Source of the DNA: Phyllobacteriaceae bacterium
GTDB lineage: Bacteria > Pseudomonadota > Alphaproteobacteria > Rhizobiales > Ancalomicrobiaceae
Length of the DNA: 37,139 nucleotides
Reading direction: 5' to 3'
Assembly: GCA_012517025.1 (NCBI GenBank)
Contig: JAAYVT010000515.1
Span: forward strand, 1 to 37,139
Every line of letters begins with the position of its first letter. The first letter of the stretch is position 1. Made by a program: the position numbers and the translations under genes. The notes under the pieces are model-generated. The model worked only from the letters and a program-made list of their open reading frames with translations. It had not been told where the DNA came from and did no database searches. Positions 29,754 to 37,139 of the stretch are shown in pieces.

Positions 29754-30191
29754 ATGGACGGAACCGAACCGATCACGGCGGCGGAGGGCGAATCGCTGTT
29801 CGCGCCGGCCTGTACGCATCCCACCGCCGAGGATCCGGCGATCGAGGCGCTGGTGGAGGCGATCATCGGGCAAGTCGCCGACAAGTGGACGCTGTTGGTA
29901 CTCGAGGAGCTGACGGCGGGCGGCACGCTGCGCTTCACCGAGATCGGCCGGCGGGTCGGCGGGATCAGCCAGAAGATGCTGACCAAGACGCTGCGCGAGA
30001 TGGAGCGGATGGGGCTGGTCACCCGCACCGTCCATCCGGTGGTGCCGCCACACGTCGACTATGCGCTGACCGATCTCGGCCACACGCTCGGAGCGGCGTT
30101 CTGCGGGGTGTGGACGTGGGCGGCGGAAAACCGCCGGCGCATCGAGACGGCGCAGGCCGCGTTCGACGAACGCGAAGACGCCCGGAGGTGA
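29754..30191 (+). CDS. HxlR-family winged-helix transcriptional regulator
   Basis: ADKWTLLVL, RFTEI, GISQKMLTKTLREMER.GLV.R, VPPHVDYALT.LG. Confidence 0.93.
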   Translation: MDGTEPITAAEGESLFAPACTHPTAEDPAIEALVEAIIGQVADKWTLLVLEELTAGGTLRFTEIGRRVGGISQKMLTKTLREMERMGLVTRTVHPVVPPHVDYALTDLGHTLGAAFCGVWTWAAENRRRIETAQAAFDEREDARR

Positions 30192-30205
30192 GCCTCCGGG
30201 CGTCT
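30176..30205. terminator. Perfect 13-bp hairpin between convergent hxlR-like gene and rplQ
   Basis: AGACGCCCGGAGG-tgag-CCTCCGGGCGTCT; the loop contains the regulator's TGA stop. Confidence 0.6.
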
Positions 30206-30234
30206 CGAAAATCTCACGACGAAGAGCGGTCCGA

Positions 30235-30651
30235 TCACTCGGCGGCTTCTTCGACCTCGCGGCGGGCGCGGTCTTCGGCGCCCTTGGCGGCGACGTCGCG
30301 ATCGACGAACTCGATCACGCCGACGGCGGCGTTGTCGCCGTAGCGGAAGCCGGCCTTGAGGACGCGGGTGTAGCCACCGGCGCGGTCCTTGTAGCGCGGG
30401 CCGAGCACGTCGAAGAGCTTCTTCACCGCCTTCTCGTCACGGATCTGGCCGACGGCCAGACGACGCGAGTTGAGGTCGCCCTTCTTGGCCATGGTCACCA
30501 GCTTCTCGACGATCGGACGCAGGTCCTTCGCCTTGGGCAAGGTGGTGACGATCTGCTCGTGGGTGATGAGAGAGGCCGCCATGTTGGCGAACATCGCCTT
30601 GCGGTGTTCCCAGGTGCGGTTGAGCTTGCGGCCAGCCTTGCCGTGACGCAT
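30235..30651 (-). CDS. rplQ: 50S ribosomal protein L17
   Basis: [32 protein letters not shown]. Confidence 0.98.
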   Translation of the reverse strand: MRHGKAGRKLNRTWEHRKAMFANMAASLITHEQIVTTLPKAKDLRPIVEKLVTMAKKGDLNSRRLAVGQIRDEKAVKKLFDVLGPRYKDRAGGYTRVLKAGFRYGDNAAVGVIEFVDRDVAAKGAEDRARREVEEAAE

Positions 30652-30938
30652 CGGTCTTCTCCGGGTGCCGACGAGCGGATGATCCCGTCTCGTCTCGCGG
30701 CGATCTCGCGATCGGCGCTTCGGTTCGAGGTCTCCCGCACGCGACGGGAGCCCCGGATCTCTCGATCCCTGGCACCCCGGGTATTCTGCGTCCGGGCTTG
30801 GAAGTCTTTGTCACGACCCGCGGGCGAGCCGGGGTCGGTAGTCCTTGAGGCGACCGGAGGCGGACCTCCGGCCGAAATCTTCGAGCCACGATCTAACCGA
30901 TCGCGGCCGGCTCGAGAAGTCCCCTTCCGGGGAAAATC

Positions 30939-31961
30939 TCAGAGCTGGTGATCCTCGTAGCGCTTGGCGAGCTCTTCGATGTTCTCCGGCGGCCAGTTGG
31001 TGACCTCCATGCCGAGATGGAGACCCATCTGGGCGAGAACTTCCTTGATCTCGTTGAGCGACTTGCGGCCGAAGTTCGGGGTGCGGAGCATCTCGGCTTC
31101 GGTCTTCTGGATGAGATCGCCGATGTAGACGATGTTGTCGTTCTTCAGGCAGTTCGCCGAACGCACCGACAGCTCGAGCTCGTCGACCTTCTTGAGCAGC
31201 GCCGGGTTGAAGGCGAGCTCGGGGATCTTCTCCTCGACGGCTTCCTTGCGGGGCTCCTCGAAGTTCACGAAGATCGCCAGCTGGTCCTGCAGGATGCGGG
31301 CCGCGTAGGCGACGGCGTCGTCGGGGGCGACCGAACCGTCGGTCTCCACCGACAGCGTCAGCTTGTCGTAGTCGAGGACCTGGCCCTCACGGGTGTTCTC
31401 GACCTTGTAGGAGACCTTCTTGACCGGCGAATAGAGGCTGTCGACCGGGATCAGACCGATCGGCGCGTCTTCCGGCCGGTTGCGATCGGCCGGGACGTAG
31501 CCCTTGCCGGTCGAGACCGTCAGCTCCATGCGGATCTCGGCACCGTCGTCGAGGGTGCAGATCGCGAGCTCGGGGTTGAGGATCTCGATGTCGCCGACGG
31601 TCTGGATGTCGCCGGCGGTGACGATGCCCGGGCCGGTCTTGCGGACGACCATGCGCTTGGGCAGGTCGCCGTGCATCTTCACCGAGATCTCCTTGATGTT
31701 CAGGATGATGTCGGTGACGTCCTCGCGCACGCCGGGGATCGAGGAGAACTCGTGCAGGACGCCGTCGATCTGCACCGCGGTCACCGCCGCGCCCTGCAGA
31801 GAGGACAGCAGCACACGACGCAGCGCGTTGCCCAGCGTCAGGCCGAAGCCGCGCTCGAGCGGCTCGGCGACGACCGTCGCCTTGCGGCGCGGATCCTCGC
31901 CCGGCTTCACCTCGAGCTTGTTCGGGCGGATGAGTTCCTGCCAATTCTTGTGAATGGTCAC
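30939..31961 (-). CDS. rpoA: RNA polymerase alpha subunit
   Basis: [46 protein letters not shown]; GTG start (VTIHKNW). Confidence 0.98.
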   Translation of the reverse strand: MTIHKNWQELIRPNKLEVKPGEDPRRKATVVAEPLERGFGLTLGNALRRVLLSSLQGAAVTAVQIDGVLHEFSSIPGVREDVTDIILNIKEISVKMHGDLPKRMVVRKTGPGIVTAGDIQTVGDIEILNPELAICTLDDGAEIRMELTVSTGKGYVPADRNRPEDAPIGLIPVDSLYSPVKKVSYKVENTREGQVLDYDKLTLSVETDGSVAPDDAVAYAARILQDQLAIFVNFEEPRKEAVEEKIPELAFNPALLKKVDELELSVRSANCLKNDNIVYIGDLIQKTEAEMLRTPNFGRKSLNEIKEVLAQMGLHLGMEVTNWPPENIEELAKRYEDHQL

Positions 31962-32039
31962 GTGAAAACCTTCTCGCGGTCTGTCGCGGGATATCGGCAG
32001 CGTCCCTACCCTGCCCGCGGATACCTGTCGGAAATGCGA

Positions 32040-32068
32040 GAAGCGGCGGGTGGACGACCCGCCGCTTC
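32040..32068. other. Intercistronic hairpin between rpsK and rpoA
   Basis: GAAGCGGCGGGT-ggacg-ACCCGCCGCTTC, 12-bp stem. Confidence 0.5.
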
Positions 32069-32099
32069 CGAGGGCTCGCACCCGCCCTCGAGGGTCTCG

Positions 32100-32489
32100 T
32101 CAGACGCGACGACGCTTGCGCGGACGGCAACCGTTGTGCGGGATCGGGGTCACGTCGCGGATCGAGGTCACCATGAAGCCGGCCGCCTGGAGAGCGCGCA
32201 GCGCGGATTCACGGCCCGAACCGGGGCCACGGACTTCCACCTCGACCGTGCGCATGCCGTGCTCGGCCGCCTTGCGGGCGGCGTCCTCGGCGGCGACCTG
32301 CGCGGCGTAGGGGGTCGACTTGCGCGAGCCCTTGAAGCCGAGCGCGCCGGCCGACGACCACGAGATCGTGTTGCCCTGCGCATCGGTGATGGTGATCATC
32401 GTGTTGTTGAACGTGGAGTTCACGTGCACGACGCCGGAGGTGATGTTCTTGCGTTCACGACGACGAACGCGGGTGGCTTCCTTGGCCAT
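32100..32489 (-). CDS. rpsK: 30S ribosomal protein S11
   Basis: [39 protein letters not shown]. Confidence 0.98.
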   Translation of the reverse strand: MAKEATRVRRRERKNITSGVVHVNSTFNNTMITITDAQGNTISWSSAGALGFKGSRKSTPYAAQVAAEDAARKAAEHGMRTVEVEVRGPGSGRESALRALQAAGFMVTSIRDVTPIPHNGCRPRKRRRV

Positions 32490-32576
32490 GTGACTTCCTT
32501 GCTGTCGATATCGACACCGCCGTAATGCCGGCGGCTCCACCGGGACGGACGCCTCACGGCGCTCGCCCGAAACGAA

Positions 32577-32945
32577 TTACTTCTTCTTGCCGGCGATCGG
32601 CTTGGCCGGACCCTTGCGGGTGCGGGCATTGGTGTGGGTGCGCTGGCCACGGACCGGCAGGCCGCGGCGATGACGCAGGCCGCGGTAGCAGCCGAGGTCC
32701 ATCAGGCGCTTGATGTTCATCGCGATCTCGCGACGCAGATCGCCTTCCACGACGTAGTCGCGGTCGATCACTTCGCGGATCTGCAGAACTTCGGCGTCGC
32801 TCAGCTCGTTGACCCGACGGTCGTAAGCGAGGTTGACCTTCTGCATGATCTCGTCGGCCTTCTTGGGGCCGATGCCATGGATGTACTGAAGCGCGATGAC
32901 GACGCGCTTGTTCGTGGGAATGTTGACGCCAGCGATGCGGGCCAC
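32577..32945 (-). CDS. rpsM: 30S ribosomal protein S13
   Basis: GTG start [32 protein letters not shown]. Confidence 0.98.
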   Translation of the reverse strand: MARIAGVNIPTNKRVVIALQYIHGIGPKKADEIMQKVNLAYDRRVNELSDAEVLQIREVIDRDYVVEGDLRREIAMNIKRLMDLGCYRGLRHRRGLPVRGQRTHTNARTRKGPAKPIAGKKK

Positions 32946-33174
32946 GGTTTCTCTCCAGTCGTTCCCGAGAACACCTCGCGGTGTGCTCGAATGCGAGCCC
33001 GGCCGACCCTTCGTGAGCCGGCCGCTCACGACGAAAGGACCGGTGGCCGAACCCCGTTGGTTCCGGCCCCGATCGCTCAGCGTCGCGATGTGGGCCGGTT
33101 GATAAAGGATTCCACGGCCGGACGCAACCGTCCGGCCGGGTTCGTCGTCGGTCGATCGAAGACGATCCCCCGGC

Positions 33175-33756
33175 TCAGGCGCCGAGGATCGTCTCCATCG
33201 CGGCGGAGACCTCGTCGATCGACTTCATGCCGTCGGTCGTCTTCAGCTCGCCGGTGGAGGCGTAATAGCCCGACAGCGGCGCGGTCTTCTCCTGGTACTC
33301 GGCGAGACGCTTGCGGAAGCTCTCGGGATTGTCGTCGGCGCGCGGCGTACCGCCGGCGGCGATCGTCTCCTTGACCCGATTCTCCATGCGGGCGACCAGC
33401 GCCTCGGCGTCGACCACCAGCTCGATCACCGCGTCGAGCTTCAGGCCCTTGGAGGCGAGCATCTTGGTCAGCGCTTCGGCCTGCGGCACGGTGCGCGGGA
33501 AGCCGTCGAGGATGAAGCCCTTGGCGCAGTCGGGCTGATCGATGCGGTCGGAGACCACGCCGATGACGATGTCGTCGGAGACGAGACCGCCCGATTCCAT
33601 CACCGCCTTGGCCTTCAGCCCGACCTCGGTGCCCGCCTTGACCGCGGCGCGCAGCATGTCGCCGGTCGAGAGCTGGACGATTCCGTACTTCTCGACCAGA
33701 CGCGCGGCCTGGGTGCCTTTGCCGGCCCCCGGCGGTCCGAGCAGAATGAGCCTCAT
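33175..33756 (-). CDS. adk: Adenylate kinase, short-LID type (193 aa)
   Basis: [31 protein letters not shown]; ATGA overlap with the secY stop. Confidence 0.97.
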   Translation of the reverse strand: MRLILLGPPGAGKGTQAARLVEKYGIVQLSTGDMLRAAVKAGTEVGLKAKAVMESGGLVSDDIVIGVVSDRIDQPDCAKGFILDGFPRTVPQAEALTKMLASKGLKLDAVIELVVDAEALVARMENRVKETIAAGGTPRADDNPESFRKRLAEYQEKTAPLSGYYASTGELKTTDGMKSIDEVSAAMETILGA

Positions 33757-35084
33757 CGACGTCCCCCCTTCAACTTCGCCCGCTTGATCAGACCTTCGTA
33801 CTGATGTGCGAGCAGGTGTCCCTGGATCTGCGCCACCGTGTCCATGGTCACCGAGACCACGATCAGCAGCGACGTACCGCCGAAATAGAACGGAACACCG
33901 GTGTAGGAAATGAGGAATTCGGGTAACAGACACACCGCCACGATGTAGAGCGCGCCGACCACGGTGATCCTCGTCAGGACGTAGTCGATGTACTCGGCGG
34001 TGCGTTCACCCGGGCGGATGCCGGGGATGAAGCCGCCGTGTTTCTTGAGATTGTCGGCGGTGTCCGTGGGATTGAACACGATCGCCGTGTAGAAGAAGGC
34101 GAAGAACACGATCAGCGCCGTGTACATCAGCATGTAGAGCGGCTGACCGTGGCCGAGCCACGCCGTCACCGTCGTCAGCCAACCCGGCCCCTGCCCCGAC
34201 TGGAAGTTGGCGATGGTCGCCGGCACCAGCAGCAGCGAGGAGGCGAAGATCGGCGGGATGACGCCCGAGGTGTTGAGCTTCAGCGGCAGATGCGAGGACT
34301 GGCCCTGCATGATCTGATTGCCGACCTGACGCTTCGGATACTGGATCAGCAGCCGGCGCTGGGCGCGCTCCATGAACACCACGAAGCCGACGACGACGAT
34401 CGCCACCACGATGATCGCGAGAATCGCGAAGGTCGAGATGGCGCCCTGCCGACCGAGCTCGAGGGTGCCGGCGATGGCGTGCGGCAGACCCGCGACGATG
34501 CCTGCGAAGATGATCAGCGAAGTGCCGTTGCCGATGCCGCGCGAGGTGATCTGCTCGCCGAGCCACATCAGGAACAGCGTGCCGCCGACCAGCGTGATGG
34601 TGGCGGTCAGGCGGAAGAACATCCCCGGCGCGGCGACGACACCGCTCGCCCCCTCGAGACCGACGGCGATGCCCCAGGCCTGGAAGATCGCCAGCAGCAC
34701 GGTCAGGTAGCGGGTGTACTGGTTCAGCTGCTTGCGGCCAGATTCGCCTTCCTTCTTGAGCGCTTCCCAAGAGGGGACGACCGTGGTCATCAGCTGCACG
34801 ATGATCGAGGCGGAGATGTAGGGCATGATGCCCAGCGCCAGGATCGCCATGCGGCCGACCGCACCGCCGGAGAACATGTTGAACAGGCCGATGATGCCGG
34901 TCTGCGCGTTGTGGAACGCCTTGGCGAGCGCGGCGGCGTCGATGCCCGGCAGCGGCAGGTAAGTGCCGAGCCGATAAACGAGAAGCGCACCCAGCGTGAA
35001 CCAGATGCGCTTCTTCAGTTCCTCGGCCTTGCCGAAGGCACCCCAGTTGAGATTGGCCGCGAGCTGTTCGGCAGCAGACGCCAT
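33753..35084 (-). CDS. secY: Preprotein translocase subunit SecY
   Basis: [51 protein letters not shown]. Confidence 0.98.
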   Translation of the reverse strand: MASAAEQLAANLNWGAFGKAEELKKRIWFTLGALLVYRLGTYLPLPGIDAAALAKAFHNAQTGIIGLFNMFSGGAVGRMAILALGIMPYISASIIVQLMTTVVPSWEALKKEGESGRKQLNQYTRYLTVLLAIFQAWGIAVGLEGASGVVAAPGMFFRLTATITLVGGTLFLMWLGEQITSRGIGNGTSLIIFAGIVAGLPHAIAGTLELGRQGAISTFAILAIIVVAIVVVGFVVFMERAQRRLLIQYPKRQVGNQIMQGQSSHLPLKLNTSGVIPPIFASSLLLVPATIANFQSGQGPGWLTTVTAWLGHGQPLYMLMYTALIVFFAFFYTAIVFNPTDTADNLKKHGGFIPGIRPGERTAEYIDYVLTRITVVGALYIVAVCLLPEFLISYTGVPFYFGGTSLLIVVSVTMDTVAQIQGHLLAHQYEGLIKRAKLKGGRR

Positions 35085-35180
35085 GTCGGTCTCCGGTGCT
35101 TCGTCAGGGAGATATGTGGTAGCGCGGAAAAGCGGCCGGTTCCAGACCGGCCGCCCTTCGAAACGTGAAAGTTCGACCGA

Positions 35181-35663
35181 TCACTCGGCCGCTTCGGCCG
35201 CCTTCTTCTCGGCGACCTTGACCGAGCCGCCGGCCTTCTCCACCGCCGCGATCGCCGGAGCGGAACCGCCCGCGACCTCGAAGGAGAGAGCGCCCTTGGG
35301 CTCGCCGGGGCCGATCAGACGGATACCGTCCTTCACCCGGCGGATCACGCCGGCGGCCTTCAGCACCTCGGCGGTGACCACCACGCCCGCGGCGATCTTG
35401 CCGGCGTCGATCGCCGCCTGGACGCGGGCGACCGAAACCTCGTTGTAGTCGAGGCGGAACAGGTTGGTGAAGCCGCGCTTCGGGAGGCGGCGATGCAGCG
35501 GCATCTGACCACCTTCGAAGCCCTTGATGGCGACGCCGGAGCGCGCCTTCTGGCCCTTGACACCCTTGCCCGAGGTCTTGCCCAGGCCCGAGCCGATGCC
35601 GCGACCGAGGCGCTTGCCCTTCTTGGCGGCGCCGGGATTGTCGGAAATCTCGTTGAGCTTCAT
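35181..35663 (-). CDS. rplO: 50S ribosomal protein L15
   Basis: [31 protein letters not shown]; GAGG RBS before ATG 35663. Confidence 0.98.
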   Translation of the reverse strand: MKLNEISDNPGAAKKGKRLGRGIGSGLGKTSGKGVKGQKARSGVAIKGFEGGQMPLHRRLPKRGFTNLFRLDYNEVSVARVQAAIDAGKIAAGVVVTAEVLKAAGVIRRVKDGIRLIGPGEPKGALSFEVAGGSAPAIAAVEKAGGSVKVAEKKAAEAAE

Positions 35664-35676
35664 CGCGAAATCCTCA

Positions 35677-35877
35677 TCAGTTCTCTTCGACGACGCGAAC
35701 GAGATGCGCGACCTTGGCAATCATACCGCGCACCGCCGGAGTATCCTCCAGGGTGGAACGGCGATGCCGCTTGTTGAGGCCGAGGCCGATCAGGGTCTTC
35801 TCCTGGACGTCGGGACGGCGGATCGGGCTACCGATCTGCTCGACCGTGATCGTCTTGACCGGGGCGTTGTTCGACAT
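35677..35877 (-). CDS. rpmD: 50S ribosomal protein L30
   Basis: [28 protein letters not shown]. Confidence 0.96.
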   Translation of the reverse strand: MSNNAPVKTITVEQIGSPIRRPDVQEKTLIGLGLNKRHRRSTLEDTPAVRGMIAKVAHLVRVVEEN

Positions 35878-35945
35878 GGGGTTCACCCTTGCTCTTCTCA
35901 AGACCGGGAGGCTCCGTTCTCACGAACGGAGCGCGCCGGTTCGTC

Positions 35946-36494
35946 TCACGCCTCGGCCGTCGCCTCGGCGCCTTCGGCACCGCGACGCGACTGGAGGGTC
36001 GACACCTTCATGCCGCGGCGAGCGGCGACGGAACGGGGGCTGTCCTCGGCCTTGAGGGCATCGAAGGTCGCGCGAACCATGTTGTACGGGTTCGACGAGC
36101 CCATCGACTTCGCCACGACGTCCTGGACGCCGAGGGTCTCGAAGACGGCGCGCATCGGGCCGCCGGCGATGATGCCGGTACCGGCCGGTGCGGCACGGAC
36201 CACGACACGACCGGCACCGTGATGGCCGACCACGTCGTGATGGAGCGTGCGGCCCTCGCGGAGCGACACGCGGATGAGGCCGCGCTTGGCGGCCTCGGTC
36301 GCCTTGCGGATCGCCTCCGGCACCTCACGGGCCTTGCCGTGGCCGAAGCCGACGCGGCCCTTCTGGTCGCCGACGACGACGAGAGCGGCGAAGCCGAAGC
36401 GACGGCCGCCCTTCACAACCTTGGCGACGCGGTTGATGTGCACCAGCCGGTCGACGAATTCGCTGTCGCGTTCTTCCCGCTCGAGCTTTGCCAT
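35946..36494 (-). CDS. rpsE: 30S ribosomal protein S5
   Basis: [32 protein letters not shown]. Confidence 0.98.
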   Translation of the reverse strand: MAKLEREERDSEFVDRLVHINRVAKVVKGGRRFGFAALVVVGDQKGRVGFGHGKAREVPEAIRKATEAAKRGLIRVSLREGRTLHHDVVGHHGAGRVVVRAAPAGTGIIAGGPMRAVFETLGVQDVVAKSMGSSNPYNMVRATFDALKAEDSPRSVAARRGMKVSTLQSRRGAEGAEATAEA

Positions 36495-36542
36495 ATCGAT
36501 CAGTCCCTCGTGCGCGGCCGTCTCGGCGCGCCCCTATCGTTG

Positions 36543-36902
36543 TCAGAACTCGAGACCGCCCTCGCGAGCGGCATCGGCGAGCGCCTTGACGCGGCCGTGG
36601 TAGATGAAGCGACCGCGATCGAACACGACCTGCTTCACACCCGCGGCGACCGCCCGCTCGGCGACGAGCTTGCCGACGGCTTCCGCCGCGGCCTTGTCGG
36701 CGCCGGTCTTCAGGTTGCCCTTGAGCGCGGTGTCCAGGGTCGAAGCGGCGGCGAGGGTGACACCCTGCGCGTCGTCGATGACCTGAGCATAGATGTTCTT
36801 CGACGAGCGATGAACCGAGAGCCGGGGACGGCCGTTCGCCGCCGCCTTGACGGCACGGCGCACGCGAGCCGCACGACGCTCCGTGGTGGTCTGATGGGCC
36901 AT
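36543..36902 (-). CDS. rplR: 50S ribosomal protein L18
   Basis: [35 protein letters not shown]. Confidence 0.98.
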   Translation of the reverse strand: MAHQTTTERRAARVRRAVKAAANGRPRLSVHRSSKNIYAQVIDDAQGVTLAAASTLDTALKGNLKTGADKAAAEAVGKLVAERAVAAGVKQVVFDRGRFIYHGRVKALADAAREGGLEF

Positions 36903-36914
36903 GGCGGCAGCTCC

Positions 36915-37139
36915 TTACTTCTTCTTGCCTTCCTTGCGGAAGATCTTCTCGGTCGAGTACTTGACGCCCTTGCCCTTGTAGGGCTCGGGGCCGCGCCACT
37001 CGCGGATTTCCGCGGCGACCTGTCCGACCTGCTGCTTGTCCATGCCCGACACGAGCACCTGATCCTGCTTCGGGCCGGCCACCTGGATGGTGATGCCCTC
37101 GGGGACCGGGAACAGCACGTCGTGGCTGTAGCCGAGCGA
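36915..37139 (-). CDS. rplF: 50S ribosomal protein L6, C-terminal part (runs off the right edge of the window)
   Basis: [34 protein letters not shown]. Confidence 0.97.
   Translation of the reverse strand, partial: SLGYSHDVLFPVPEGITIQVAGPKQDQVLVSGMDKQQVGQVAAEIREWRGPEPYKGKGVKYSTEKIFRKEGKKK

Overview
High-GC alphaproteobacterial chromosomal DNA; gene content and order point to Hyphomicrobiales/Rhizobiales. It is mostly housekeeping. Left to right: a partial YdcF-like gene, clpP, a conserved membrane protein, a 35-bp palindromic tandem repeat, two small secreted proteins, mgtE, two tandem polysaccharide deacetylases, a ugpBAEC-type ABC operon with a Pho-box-like array, a lipoprotein, tRNA-Leu(GAG), a stand-alone FliN-like gene, lipB, acylphosphatase, a HAD hydrolase, pccA/pccB split by a YARHG-like gene, ATP12, a second HAD, two tandem RluA/RluC pseudouridine synthases, crcB, bioMNY, rarA, a DegP/DegQ protease, an SDR/HxlR pair, and the distal spc/alpha cluster (rplF-rplR-rpsE-rpmD-rplO-secY-adk-rpsM-rpsK-rpoA-rplQ). 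I saw no transposase, integrase, phage, CRISPR or defence genes. The most unusual unexplained structure is a ~265-bp non-coding element between crcB and rluC (23166-23430): five co-oriented 17-mers, a perfect 21-bp inverted repeat and seven GANTC sites. All product calls come from motif recognition by eye, not database searches. Where a start differs from the ORF track it was chosen from RBS and protein context.
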